DNA of 64,000 nt from Escherichia coli. Its GTDB lineage: Bacteria; Pseudomonadota; Gammaproteobacteria; Enterobacterales; Enterobacteriaceae. The stretch lies in assembly GCF_003790525.1 (NCBI RefSeq), contig NZ_CP033635.1; one strand, 5' to 3'. Shown here in pieces: positions 9,753-18,374 of the stretch (the stretch's first letter is position 1; every line of letters starts with the position of its first letter). The position numbers were made by a program, and so were the translations under genes. Below the pieces are notes generated by a model, which made no database searches, had not been told where the DNA came from, and was given only the letters and a program-made list of their open reading frames with translations.

Positions 9753-9770
9753 CTAAACCAACGATAAACC
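9753..9770 (-). promoter_or_regulatory. PhoP box upstream of mgtLA
   Basis: Minus-strand sequence GGTTTA-tcgtt-GGTTTA (revcomp of ctaaaccaacgataaacc), a direct repeat matching (T/G)GTTTA-N5-(T/G)GTTTA; a -10-like tattatatc follows at 9733-9741. Confidence 0.8.
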
Positions 9771-9844
9771 AGACTTTACCCATTGCTGAATGCACGGGTA
9801 AAGTTAGGCTCAAATAATTAAACAACACGTTACGGGACAACAGG

Positions 9845-10792
9845 ATGCAAAATCGGCTGACCATCAAAGACATCGCGCGCTTAAGCGGCGTGGGGAAATC
9901 TACGGTTTCCCGGGTGCTGAATAACGAAAGCGGCGTGAGCCAGCGCACGCGCGAGCGTGTTGAAGCAGTGATGAATCAGCATGGATTTTCCCCTTCCCGC
10001 TCTGCGCGCGCTATGCGTGGGCAAAGCGATAAAGTGGTCGCCATCATTGTTACCCGTCTGGATTCGTTGTCAGAAAATCTCGCCGTTCAAACCATGCTGC
10101 CAGCGTTCTATGAACAAGGTTACGACCCAATCATGATGGAAAGTCAGTTTTCCCCGCAATTAGTTGCCGAACATTTGGGGGTCCTGAAACGGCGTAATAT
10201 CGACGGCGTAGTGCTGTTCGGTTTTACCGGCATAACAGAAGAAATGTTAGCCCACTGGCAGTCATCGCTGGTTCTGCTGGCGCGTGACGCAAAAGGCTTT
10301 GCTTCAGTCTGTTATGACGACGAAGGGGCAATCAAGATCCTGATGCAACGGCTGTATGACCAGGGGCATCGTAATATCAGTTATCTCGGCGTGCCGCATA
10401 GTGACGTGACGACCGGTAAGCGACGTCACGAAGCCTACCTGGCGTTCTGCAAAGCGCATAAATTGCATCCCGTTGCCGCTCTGCCAGGGCTTGCTATGAA
10501 GCAAGGCTATGAGAACGTAGCAAAAGTGATTACGCCTGAAACTACCGCGTTACTGTGCGCAACCGACACGCTGGCACTTGGCGCAAGTAAATACCTGCAA
10601 GAGCAACGCATCGACACCTTGCAACTGGCGAGCGTCGGTAATACACCGTTAATGAAATTCCTCCATCCGGAGATCGTAACCGTAGATCCCGGTTACGCCG
10701 AAGCTGGACGCCAGGCGGCCTGCCAGTTGATCGCGCAGGTCACCGGGCGCAGCGAACCGCAACAAATCATCATCCCCGCCACCCTGTCCTGA
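9845..10792 (+). CDS. treR: Trehalose operon repressor TreR (LacI family), 315 aa
   Basis: ORF MQNRLTIKDIARLSGVGKSTVSRVLNN... with N-terminal HTH; upstream of treBC. Confidence 0.95.
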   Translation: MQNRLTIKDIARLSGVGKSTVSRVLNNESGVSQRTRERVEAVMNQHGFSPSRSARAMRGQSDKVVAIIVTRLDSLSENLAVQTMLPAFYEQGYDPIMMESQFSPQLVAEHLGVLKRRNIDGVVLFGFTGITEEMLAHWQSSLVLLARDAKGFASVCYDDEGAIKILMQRLYDQGHRNISYLGVPHSDVTTGKRRHEAYLAFCKAHKLHPVAALPGLAMKQGYENVAKVITPETTALLCATDTLALGASKYLQEQRIDTLQLASVGNTPLMKFLHPEIVTVDPGYAEAGRQAACQLIAQVTGRSEPQQIIIPATLS

Positions 10793-10831
10793 TCGTTTCC
10801 TGAACGATAAATTGTGATCTTCGCTGCGTTT

Positions 10832-10845
10832 CGGGAACGTTCCCG
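10832..10845. promoter_or_regulatory. Candidate TreR operator (perfect 14-bp palindrome) in the treB promoter region
   Basis: cgggaacgttcccg is a perfect palindrome, located between treR and treB. Confidence 0.6.
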
Positions 10846-10910
10846 TTTTTAAATTTTTCCGCGCAATATATTCTGCAGCCAACCAAAAATGTCATCTGCC
10901 ATGGGGCTTT

Positions 10911-12332
10911 ATGATGAGCAAAATAAACCAAACGGATATCGATCGGTTGATTGAACTGGTCGGCGGGCGCGGCAATATTGCGACGGTGAGCCACTGTATT
11001 ACTCGTCTGCGCTTTGTCCTCAACCAACCGGCCAATGCCAGACCGAAAGAAATTGAGCAACTCCCCATGGTGAAAGGCTGTTTCACCAATGCCGGGCAAT
11101 TTCAGGTGGTGATTGGCACCAACGTGGGTGATTACTATCAAGCACTGATTGCGTCAACCGGACAGGCGCAGGTTGATAAAGAGCAGGTAAAAAAAGCCGC
11201 CCGGCAGAATATGAAATGGCATGAGCAGTTGATCTCTCATTTCGCGGAGATCTTCTTCCCGTTGCTGCCCGCGTTGATTAGTGGTGGTTTGATCCTCGGT
11301 TTTCGCAATGTGATCGGCGATTTGCCCATGAGCAACGGTCAAACGCTGGCGCAAATGTACCCTTCCCTGCAAACGATCTACGATTTTCTATGGTTGATCG
11401 GTGAAGCGATCTTCTTCTACTTGCCGGTCGGGATTTGCTGGTCAGCGGTGAAAAAAATGGGCGGTACACCGATCCTCGGTATCGTGCTTGGCGTGACACT
11501 GGTTTCTCCACAGCTGATGAACGCTTATCTGCTCGGGCAGCAGCTGCCGGAAGTGTGGGACTTTGGCATGTTCAGCATCGCTAAAGTGGGCTATCAGGCG
11601 CAGGTGATCCCGGCACTGTTAGCCGGGTTGGCGCTGGGCGTTATTGAAACTCGCCTTAAACGCATCGTACCGGATTACCTCTATCTGGTGGTGGTGCCCG
11701 TCTGTTCGCTGATCCTCGCGGTGTTCCTCGCCCATGCGCTGATTGGTCCGTTTGGTCGCATGATTGGCGATGGCGTTGCCTTTGCGGTACGTCACCTGAT
11801 GACCGGCAGCTTTGCTCCGATTGGCGCGGCATTGTTTGGCTTCCTGTACGCCCCGCTGGTGATCACCGGCGTACACCAGACCACGCTTGCTATTGATTTG
11901 CAGATGATTCAAAGCATGGGTGGCACGCCAGTGTGGCCGCTGATTGCGCTGTCGAATATCGCTCAGGGCTCCGCTGTGATAGGTATTATCATTTCCAGCC
12001 GCAAGCACAATGAACGCGAGATCTCCGTGCCTGCGGCGATCTCCGCCTGGCTTGGGGTCACTGAGCCTGCAATGTACGGCATCAACCTGAAATATCGCTT
12101 CCCGATGCTGTGCGCGATGATTGGTTCTGGTCTGGCAGGATTGCTATGCGGCCTGAACGGCGTTATGGCGAATGGCATCGGCGTAGGCGGCCTGCCGGGA
12201 ATTCTCTCGATTCAACCGAGCTACTGGCAGGTGTTTGCGCTGGCAATGGCTATCGCCATCATCATCCCGATTGTACTCACCTCGTTTATCTATCAGCGGA
12301 AATACCGCCTGGGCACGCTGGACATTGTTTAA
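10911..12332 (+). CDS. treB: PTS trehalose-specific EIIBC component
   Basis: 473-aa ORF with N-terminal EIIB motif (VSHCITRLRF) followed by a polytopic EIIC region. Confidence 0.95.
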   Translation: MMSKINQTDIDRLIELVGGRGNIATVSHCITRLRFVLNQPANARPKEIEQLPMVKGCFTNAGQFQVVIGTNVGDYYQALIASTGQAQVDKEQVKKAARQNMKWHEQLISHFAEIFFPLLPALISGGLILGFRNVIGDLPMSNGQTLAQMYPSLQTIYDFLWLIGEAIFFYLPVGICWSAVKKMGGTPILGIVLGVTLVSPQLMNAYLLGQQLPEVWDFGMFSIAKVGYQAQVIPALLAGLALGVIETRLKRIVPDYLYLVVVPVCSLILAVFLAHALIGPFGRMIGDGVAFAVRHLMTGSFAPIGAALFGFLYAPLVITGVHQTTLAIDLQMIQSMGGTPVWPLIALSNIAQGSAVIGIIISSRKHNEREISVPAAISAWLGVTEPAMYGINLKYRFPMLCAMIGSGLAGLLCGLNGVMANGIGVGGLPGILSIQPSYWQVFALAMAIAIIIPIVLTSFIYQRKYRLGTLDIV

Positions 12333-12381
12333 TTTTCTTCGGGGCGCAATTGCGCCCCCTCGCATTTGCAGGAATAACGTA

Positions 12382-14037
12382 ATGACTCATCTTCCCCACT
12401 GGTGGCAAAACGGCGTTATCTACCAGATTTATCCAAAGAGTTTTCAGGACACCACGGGTAGCGGCACCGGCGATTTACGTGGCGTTATCCAGCGCCTGGA
12501 CTATCTGCATAAACTGGGCGTTGATGCCATCTGGCTAACCCCCTTTTATGTCTCTCCCCAGGTCGATAACGGTTACGACGTAGCAAATTATACGGCGATT
12601 GATCCCACCTATGGCACGCTGGACGATTTTGACGAACTGGTGACACAGGCAAAATCGCGTGGGATTCGTATCATTCTCGATATGGTGTTTAACCATACCT
12701 CTACCCAACATGCCTGGTTTCGCGAGGCGCTGAACAAAGAAAGCCCTTACCGCCAGTTTTATATCTGGCGCGATGGAGAACCAGAAACGCCACCGAACAA
12801 CTGGCGTTCAAAATTCGGTGGTAGTGCGTGGCGCTGGCATGCGGAAAGCGAACAGTACTATTTGCATCTCTTTGCACCAGAACAGGCGGATCTCAACTGG
12901 GAGAATCCAGCGGTACGCGCAGAGCTGAAAAAAGTCTGTGAGTTCTGGGCCAATCGTGGGGTCGACGGGTTGCGCCTGGATGTGGTGAATCTGATCTCCA
13001 AAGATCCGCGTTACCCTGAAGACCTGGATGGCGACGGGCGTCGCTTCTACACCGACGGGCCACGAGCACACGAGTTTTTGCACGAGATGAACCGCGATGT
13101 GTTTACGCCACACGGGTTAATGACCGTAGGTGAAATGTCCTCCACCAGCCTTGAGCATTGCCAGCGATACGCGGCACTGACAGGCAGTGAATTGTCGATG
13201 ACCTTTAATTTTCATCACCTGAAGGTCGATTATCCCGGTGGTGAGAAATGGACGCTGGCTAAACCTGACTTTGTGGCGTTGAAAACATTGTTCCGCCACT
13301 GGCAACAAGGAATGCACAACGTGGCATGGAATGCCTTGTTCTGGTGTAACCACGATCAGCCGCGCATTGTTTCTCGCTTTGGTGATGAAGGTGAATACCG
13401 CGTGCCTGCGGCAAAAATGCTGGCGATGGTGCTGCATGGCATGCAGGGAACGCCGTATATCTACCAGGGCGAAGAGATTGGCATGACCAACCCACATTTC
13501 ACGCGCATTACTGACTATCGCGACGTGGAGAGCCTCAATATGTTTGCCGAGCTGCGCAACGATGGTCGTGATGCCGACGAGTTATTGGCAATCCTCGCCA
13601 GTAAATCCCGTGACAACAGTCGCACACCCATGCAATGGACCAACGGCGATAATGCCGGGTTTACGGCTGGCGAACCGTGGATTGGCCTGGGCGATAACTA
13701 TCAGGAAATCAACGTAGAAGCAGCGCTGGCCGATGAGTCCTCGGTGTTTTACACCTACCAAAAGTTAATCGCACTGCGTAAGCAAGAAGCCGTCCTGACA
13801 TGGGGCGATTACCAGGATCTGCTGCCAAACAGCCCTGTATTGTGGTGCTATCGCCGTGAGTGGAAGGGGCAAACCTTGCTGGTCATTGCCAACCTTAGCC
13901 GTGAGACCCAACCCTGGCAGCCAGGGAAAATGCTCGGCAACTGGCAGCTTGTGATGCATAACTACGAAGAAGCCTCACCACAACCCTGTGCCATGACTTT
14001 ACGGCCTTTTGAGGCTGTCTGGTGGTTACAGAAGTAA
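12382..14037 (+). CDS. treC: Trehalose-6-phosphate hydrolase (GH13), 551 aa
   Basis: ORF 12235..14037; ATG at 12382 gives MTHLPHWWQNGVIYQIYPKSF, a typical GH13 N-terminus; the longer ORF-track start would overlap the treB 3' end. Confidence 0.93.
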   Translation: MTHLPHWWQNGVIYQIYPKSFQDTTGSGTGDLRGVIQRLDYLHKLGVDAIWLTPFYVSPQVDNGYDVANYTAIDPTYGTLDDFDELVTQAKSRGIRIILDMVFNHTSTQHAWFREALNKESPYRQFYIWRDGEPETPPNNWRSKFGGSAWRWHAESEQYYLHLFAPEQADLNWENPAVRAELKKVCEFWANRGVDGLRLDVVNLISKDPRYPEDLDGDGRRFYTDGPRAHEFLHEMNRDVFTPHGLMTVGEMSSTSLEHCQRYAALTGSELSMTFNFHHLKVDYPGGEKWTLAKPDFVALKTLFRHWQQGMHNVAWNALFWCNHDQPRIVSRFGDEGEYRVPAAKMLAMVLHGMQGTPYIYQGEEIGMTNPHFTRITDYRDVESLNMFAELRNDGRDADELLAILASKSRDNSRTPMQWTNGDNAGFTAGEPWIGLGDNYQEINVEAALADESSVFYTYQKLIALRKQEAVLTWGDYQDLLPNSPVLWCYRREWKGQTLLVIANLSRETQPWQPGKMLGNWQLVMHNYEEASPQPCAMTLRPFEAVWWLQK

Positions 14038-14048
14038 ATCTTCGCTAA

Positions 14049-14079
14049 GCCCCGGTAATGCCTGTCATTCCGGGGTTTT
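14049..14079 (+). terminator. Intrinsic terminator after treC
   Basis: gccccgg ... ccggggc stem followed by TTTT (14076-14079). Confidence 0.6.
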
Positions 14080-14222
14080 GCCTGTCAGCATGTTGTTTTT
14101 GTTGATTTTATAATCAAAAAATTCATTAAAAAATTTACATATCGCTGTAGCGCCCGTCATCCGTACGCTCTGCTTTTTACTTTGAGCTACATCAAAAAAA
14201 GTTCAAACATCCTTGATGCAAA

Positions 14223-14270
14223 GCACTATATATAGACTTTAAAATGCGTCCCAACCCAATATGTTGTATT
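14223..14270. promoter_or_regulatory. Two NrdR-box-like sites upstream of nrdDG
   Basis: gcactatatatagac (14223-14237) and cccaatatgttgtatt (14255-14270), centres about 3 helical turns apart, in an AT-rich promoter region. Confidence 0.6.
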
Positions 14271-14430
14271 AATCGACTATAATTGCTACTACAGCTCCCC
14301 ACGAAAAAGGTGCGGCGTTGTGGATAAGCGGATGGCGATTGCGGAAAGCACCGGAAAACGAAACGAAAAAACCGGAAAACGCCTTTCCCAATTTCTGTGG
14401 ATAACCTGTTCTTAAAAATATGGAGCGATC

Positions 14431-16569
14431 ATGACACCGCATGTGATGAAACGAGACGGCTGCAAAGTGCCGTTTAAATCAGAGCGCATCAAAGAAGCGA
14501 TTCTGCGTGCAGCTAAAGCAGCGGAAGTCGATGATGCCGATTATTGCGCCACTGTTGCTGCGGTTGTCAGCGAGCAGATGCAGGGCCGCAACCAGGTGGA
14601 TATCAATGAGATCCAGACCGCAGTTGAAAACCAGCTGATGTCGGGGCCATACAAACAACTGGCTCGTGCTTACATCGAGTACCGTCACGATCGCGACATT
14701 GAACGTGAAAAACGCGGTCGCCTGAACCAGGAGATCCGTGGTCTGGTCGAGCAGACCAACTCCTCGTTACTCAACGAAAACGCCAACAAAGACAGCAAGG
14801 TGATTCCAACCCAGCGCGACCTGCTGGCCGGGATCGTGGCTAAACACTATGCACGCCAGCACTTGCTGCCGCGTGACGTGGTGCAGGCACATGAGCGTGG
14901 CGATATTCACTATCACGATCTCGATTACTCGCCGTTCTTCCCGATGTTCAACTGCATGTTGATCGACCTGAAAGGCATGCTGACCCAGGGCTTTAAGATG
15001 GGGAACGCCGAGATTGAACCGCCGAAGTCGATCTCTACGGCAACCGCGGTAACTGCGCAGATTATTGCTCAGGTCGCCAGCCATATTTATGGCGGCACCA
15101 CCATTAACCGTATCGATGAAGTGCTGGCACCGTTTGTCACCGCCAGCTACAACAAACATCGCAAGACCGCGGAAGAGTGGAACATCCCGGACGCCGAAGG
15201 CTACGCTAACTCTCGTACCATCAAAGAGTGCTACGATGCCTTCCAGTCGCTGGAGTACGAAGTAAACACCCTGCATACCGCCAACGGTCAAACGCCGTTT
15301 GTAACCTTTGGTTTTGGTCTGGGCACCAGCTGGGAATCGCGCCTGATTCAGGAATCGATCCTGCGTAACCGTATCGCAGGCCTCGGTAAAAACCGTAAAA
15401 CGGCGGTGTTCCCGAAACTGGTGTTTGCGATTCGCGATGGCCTGAACCATAAAAAAGGCGATCCGAACTACGACATCAAACAGCTGGCGCTGGAGTGCGC
15501 AAGCAAGCGCATGTATCCGGATATCCTGAACTACGATCAGGTAGTGAAAGTCACCGGTTCGTTTAAAACCCCGATGGGCTGCCGCAGCTTCCTCGGCGTG
15601 TGGGAAAATGAAAACGGCGAGCAGATCCACGATGGTCGTAACAACCTCGGCGTGATCAGCCTGAACCTGCCGCGTATTGCTCTGGAGGCAAAAGGCGATG
15701 AAGCCACCTTCTGGAAGCTGCTGGATGAACGTCTGGTGCTGGCACGTAAGGCGCTGATGACCCGTATCGCTCGTCTCGAAGGCGTGAAAGCGCGCGTAGC
15801 CCCGATCCTCTATATGGAAGGTGCTTGTGGCGTGCGTCTGAATGCTGACGATGATGTTTCTGAAATCTTCAAAAACGGTCGTGCGTCTATTTCGCTGGGT
15901 TACATCGGCATCCACGAAACCATTAACGCGCTGTTTGGCGGCGAGCATGTGTATGACAACGAGCAGCTGCGCGCGAAAGGTATCGCCATTGTTGAACGTC
16001 TGCGTCAGGCGGTGGATCAGTGGAAAGAAGAAACGGGTTACGGTTTTAGCCTTTACAGCACGCCAAGTGAAAACCTGTGCGACCGCTTCTGCCGTCTCGA
16101 TACCGCTGAGTTTGGCGTGGTGCCGGGCGTGACTGATAAAGGTTACTACACCAACAGTTTCCACCTCGATGTGGAGAAGAAGGTGAACCCGTACGACAAG
16201 ATCGACTTTGAAGCGCCTTACCCGCCGCTGGCGAACGGTGGTTTCATTTGCTACGGCGAATATCCAAACATTCAGCACAACCTGAAGGCGCTGGAAGATG
16301 TCTGGGATTACAGCTATCAGCATGTACCGTATTACGGCACCAATACGCCGATTGATGAGTGTTACGAGTGTGGTTTTACCGGTGAGTTTGAGTGCACCAG
16401 TAAAGGCTTCACCTGCCCGAAATGTGGTAACCATGACGCCTCCCGTGTGTCGGTGACTCGCCGCGTGTGCGGATATTTAGGTAGCCCGGATGCGCGTCCG
16501 TTTAACGCTGGTAAGCAGGAAGAAGTTAAGCGCCGCGTTAAACATTTGGGGAATGGGCAGATAGGTTAA
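14431..16569 (+). CDS. nrdD: Anaerobic ribonucleoside-triphosphate reductase (class III), 712 aa
   Basis: N-terminal ATP-cone (VMKRDGCKVPFKSERIKEAI) and C-terminal glycyl-radical/Zn region (CxxC ... CPKCG). Confidence 0.96.
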   Translation: MTPHVMKRDGCKVPFKSERIKEAILRAAKAAEVDDADYCATVAAVVSEQMQGRNQVDINEIQTAVENQLMSGPYKQLARAYIEYRHDRDIEREKRGRLNQEIRGLVEQTNSSLLNENANKDSKVIPTQRDLLAGIVAKHYARQHLLPRDVVQAHERGDIHYHDLDYSPFFPMFNCMLIDLKGMLTQGFKMGNAEIEPPKSISTATAVTAQIIAQVASHIYGGTTINRIDEVLAPFVTASYNKHRKTAEEWNIPDAEGYANSRTIKECYDAFQSLEYEVNTLHTANGQTPFVTFGFGLGTSWESRLIQESILRNRIAGLGKNRKTAVFPKLVFAIRDGLNHKKGDPNYDIKQLALECASKRMYPDILNYDQVVKVTGSFKTPMGCRSFLGVWENENGEQIHDGRNNLGVISLNLPRIALEAKGDEATFWKLLDERLVLARKALMTRIARLEGVKARVAPILYMEGACGVRLNADDDVSEIFKNGRASISLGYIGIHETINALFGGEHVYDNEQLRAKGIAIVERLRQAVDQWKEETGYGFSLYSTPSENLCDRFCRLDTAEFGVVPGVTDKGYYTNSFHLDVEKKVNPYDKIDFEAPYPPLANGGFICYGEYPNIQHNLKALEDVWDYSYQHVPYYGTNTPIDECYECGFTGEFECTSKGFTCPKCGNHDASRVSVTRRVCGYLGSPDARPFNAGKQEEVKRRVKHLGNGQIG

Positions 16570-16588
16570 TCCTTCCCCCTCACCCTAA

Positions 16589-16610
16589 CCCTCTCCCTCA
16601 AGGGAGAGGG
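16589..16610. repeat. Perfect inverted repeat (10-bp arms) in the nrdD-nrdG intergenic region
   Basis: ccctctccct-ca-agggagaggg; no downstream U tract. Confidence 0.6.
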
Positions 16611-16753
16611 GACCGTTCCGTGCCCCTTCCTGATTCCCGACATAATGAATTGCCTCTGGCCAGTTTTTGTCGTCGCAAGGAGGCAAATGCGTAGCATCGG
16701 GGGACTTCGCCCGTACGCACCAGAGCATTCATGGCGTCAATTGAGAAGCGAAA

Positions 16754-17218
16754 ATGAACTTTCATCAGTACTATCCTGTCGACATCGTCAACGGTCCCGG
16801 CACTCGCTGCACCCTGTTTGTCTCCGGGTGTGTTCATGAATGCCCCGGTTGCTATAACAAAAGCACATGGCGGGTAAATTCCGGTCAGCCATTTACCAAA
16901 GCAATGGAAGACCAGATCATTAACGATCTGAATGACACTCGTATCAAACGCCAGGGGATTTCCCTCTCCGGCGGCGATCCGCTGCATCCGCAAAACGTGC
17001 CGGATATTCTGAAACTGGTACAACGCATCCGCGCCGAGTGTCCGGGTAAAGACATCTGGGTGTGGACAGGCTATAAACTCGACGAACTCAACGCTGCGCA
17101 AATGCAGGTTGTTGATTTGATTAACGTGCTGGTCGACGGCAAATTTATGCAGGATCTAAAAGACCCTTCCCTGATCTGGCGCGGCAGCAGCAATCAGGTG
17201 GTGCATCATTTACGTTAG
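16754..17218 (+). CDS. nrdG: Anaerobic ribonucleotide reductase activating protein (radical SAM), 154 aa
   Basis: ORF MNFHQYYPVDIVNGPGTRCTLFVSGCVHECPGCYN... carries the radical-SAM cysteine motif. Confidence 0.95.
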   Translation: MNFHQYYPVDIVNGPGTRCTLFVSGCVHECPGCYNKSTWRVNSGQPFTKAMEDQIINDLNDTRIKRQGISLSGGDPLHPQNVPDILKLVQRIRAECPGKDIWVWTGYKLDELNAAQMQVVDLINVLVDGKFMQDLKDPSLIWRGSSNQVVHHLR

Positions 17219-17509
17219 TCACTCATCCAGCCGTTTTGTCGCGTCTTCATAAACGGCTGAGTTTTCTCTCTTACCAATAGCTATCACCAACACGAGTAAC
17301 TCTTTATCATTGACGGAATAGACCAGGCGATATCCCAGTGTGCGCAGCTTAATTTTGTAGCAGTCCGGTAAATCCCGCAGTTTAGCCGATGGATTGCGCG
17401 GCCTTTTCAGCACATCCTCAAGCTTTTTTTTAAATTGTTCCCGGACTGTCACGCCCAGTTTTTGCCACTCTTTCAGCGCCCGCGGATCAAACGCCAGCTC
17501 ATAGTTCAT
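17219..17509 (-). CDS. RelE/ParE-family type II toxin (about 96 aa)
   Basis: Inside ORF 17219..17587 the ATG at 17507-17509 gives MNYELAFDPRALKEWQKLGVTVREQFKKKLEDVLKRPRNPSAKLRDLPDCYKIKLRTLGYRLVYSVNDKELLVLVIAIGKRENSAVYEDATKRLDE, which I recognise as closely RelE-like; it overlaps the upstream antitoxin by 11 nt. Confidence 0.85.
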   Translation of the reverse strand: MNYELAFDPRALKEWQKLGVTVREQFKKKLEDVLKRPRNPSAKLRDLPDCYKIKLRTLGYRLVYSVNDKELLVLVIAIGKRENSAVYEDATKRLDE

Positions 17510-17741
17510 CCAGTCGGACCTTAATGGCCTCTTGTGGGTTGGCCAGTCGTTCCCTGACAGTGCGTAACAAGGCTTCTTCACTATCACTGACAGTGAGCGT
17601 TTTTACCGGCATTCGTCCATTTTCCGCAACGTACTGAAACAGCAGCCGCACTGCTTCAGTAGGCGTAATATTTAATTTTTCCAGCACCGCATAAGCCTCA
17701 TTTTTCAGTTTGTCATCCAGGCGGACGTTAAGTGTGGCCAT
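17499..17741 (-). CDS. RelB/DinJ-family antitoxin (80 aa)
   Basis: ORF MATLNVRLDDKLKNEAYAVLEKLNITPTEAVRLLFQYVAENGRMPVKTLTVSDSEEALLRTVRERLANPQEAIKVRLDEL resembles RelB; RBS GGAGGC precedes the ATG at 17739-17741. Confidence 0.85.
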   Translation of the reverse strand: MATLNVRLDDKLKNEAYAVLEKLNITPTEAVRLLFQYVAENGRMPVKTLTVSDSEEALLRTVRERLANPQEAIKVRLDEL

Positions 17742-17765
17742 TATGCCTCCGGTAATTATGAAAAG

Positions 17766-17800
17766 TGTAATGCATTATAGCATTACATATGCATTACATT
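17766..17800. promoter_or_regulatory. Candidate autoregulatory operator/promoter of the relBE-like module
   Basis: gtgtaatgcattatagcattacatatgcattacatt contains three GCATTA(C/T) repeats with palindromic character immediately upstream of the antitoxin start. Confidence 0.55.
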
Positions 17801-17884
17801 CATTTCTGGAAAACGCCTCGCAAAAATGAGGACGACACGCAGGAATATGCCGTGGTGAAGATAGATATTGCGGTGATTTTACGA

Positions 17885-17925
17885 AGGGAGAAGAAAGCGT
17901 TGGGCGGTAACGTTTCACCGCCCAA
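17885..17925 (-). terminator. Putative terminator downstream of cybC
   Basis: Hairpin ttgggcggt ... accgcccaa followed on the minus strand by a moderately U-rich stretch. Confidence 0.4.
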
Positions 17926-17932
17926 TAAGGAA

Positions 17933-18322
<390 letters not shown>

Positions 18323-18374
18323 TCACTTCCTTTTTTATTATGGAGATTTGGCGCGGCAGGTCGCGCCAGTTTTT

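Noticed and set aside
9661-9948. 113-aa minus-strand ORF upstream of mgtA
   Set aside because: Only the terminal 17 codons (mgtL) are plausible coding sequence; the rest spans the mgtA promoter and the divergent treR upstream region.
12235-12381. Longer 600-aa version of treC starting at 12235
   Set aside because: The extension overlaps the treB 3' end in another frame; the ATG at 12382 gives the expected GH13 N-terminus and a 551-aa product.
14767-16434. 555-aa minus-strand ORF
   Set aside because: Entirely antisense to nrdD, whose product carries clear class III reductase motifs; no independent start or RBS context.
17219-17587. Full-length 122-aa version of the toxin ORF
   Set aside because: The N-terminal 26 codons would overlap the antitoxin by 89 nt; the internal ATG at 17509 gives the canonical RelE-length protein with the typical 11-nt overlap.
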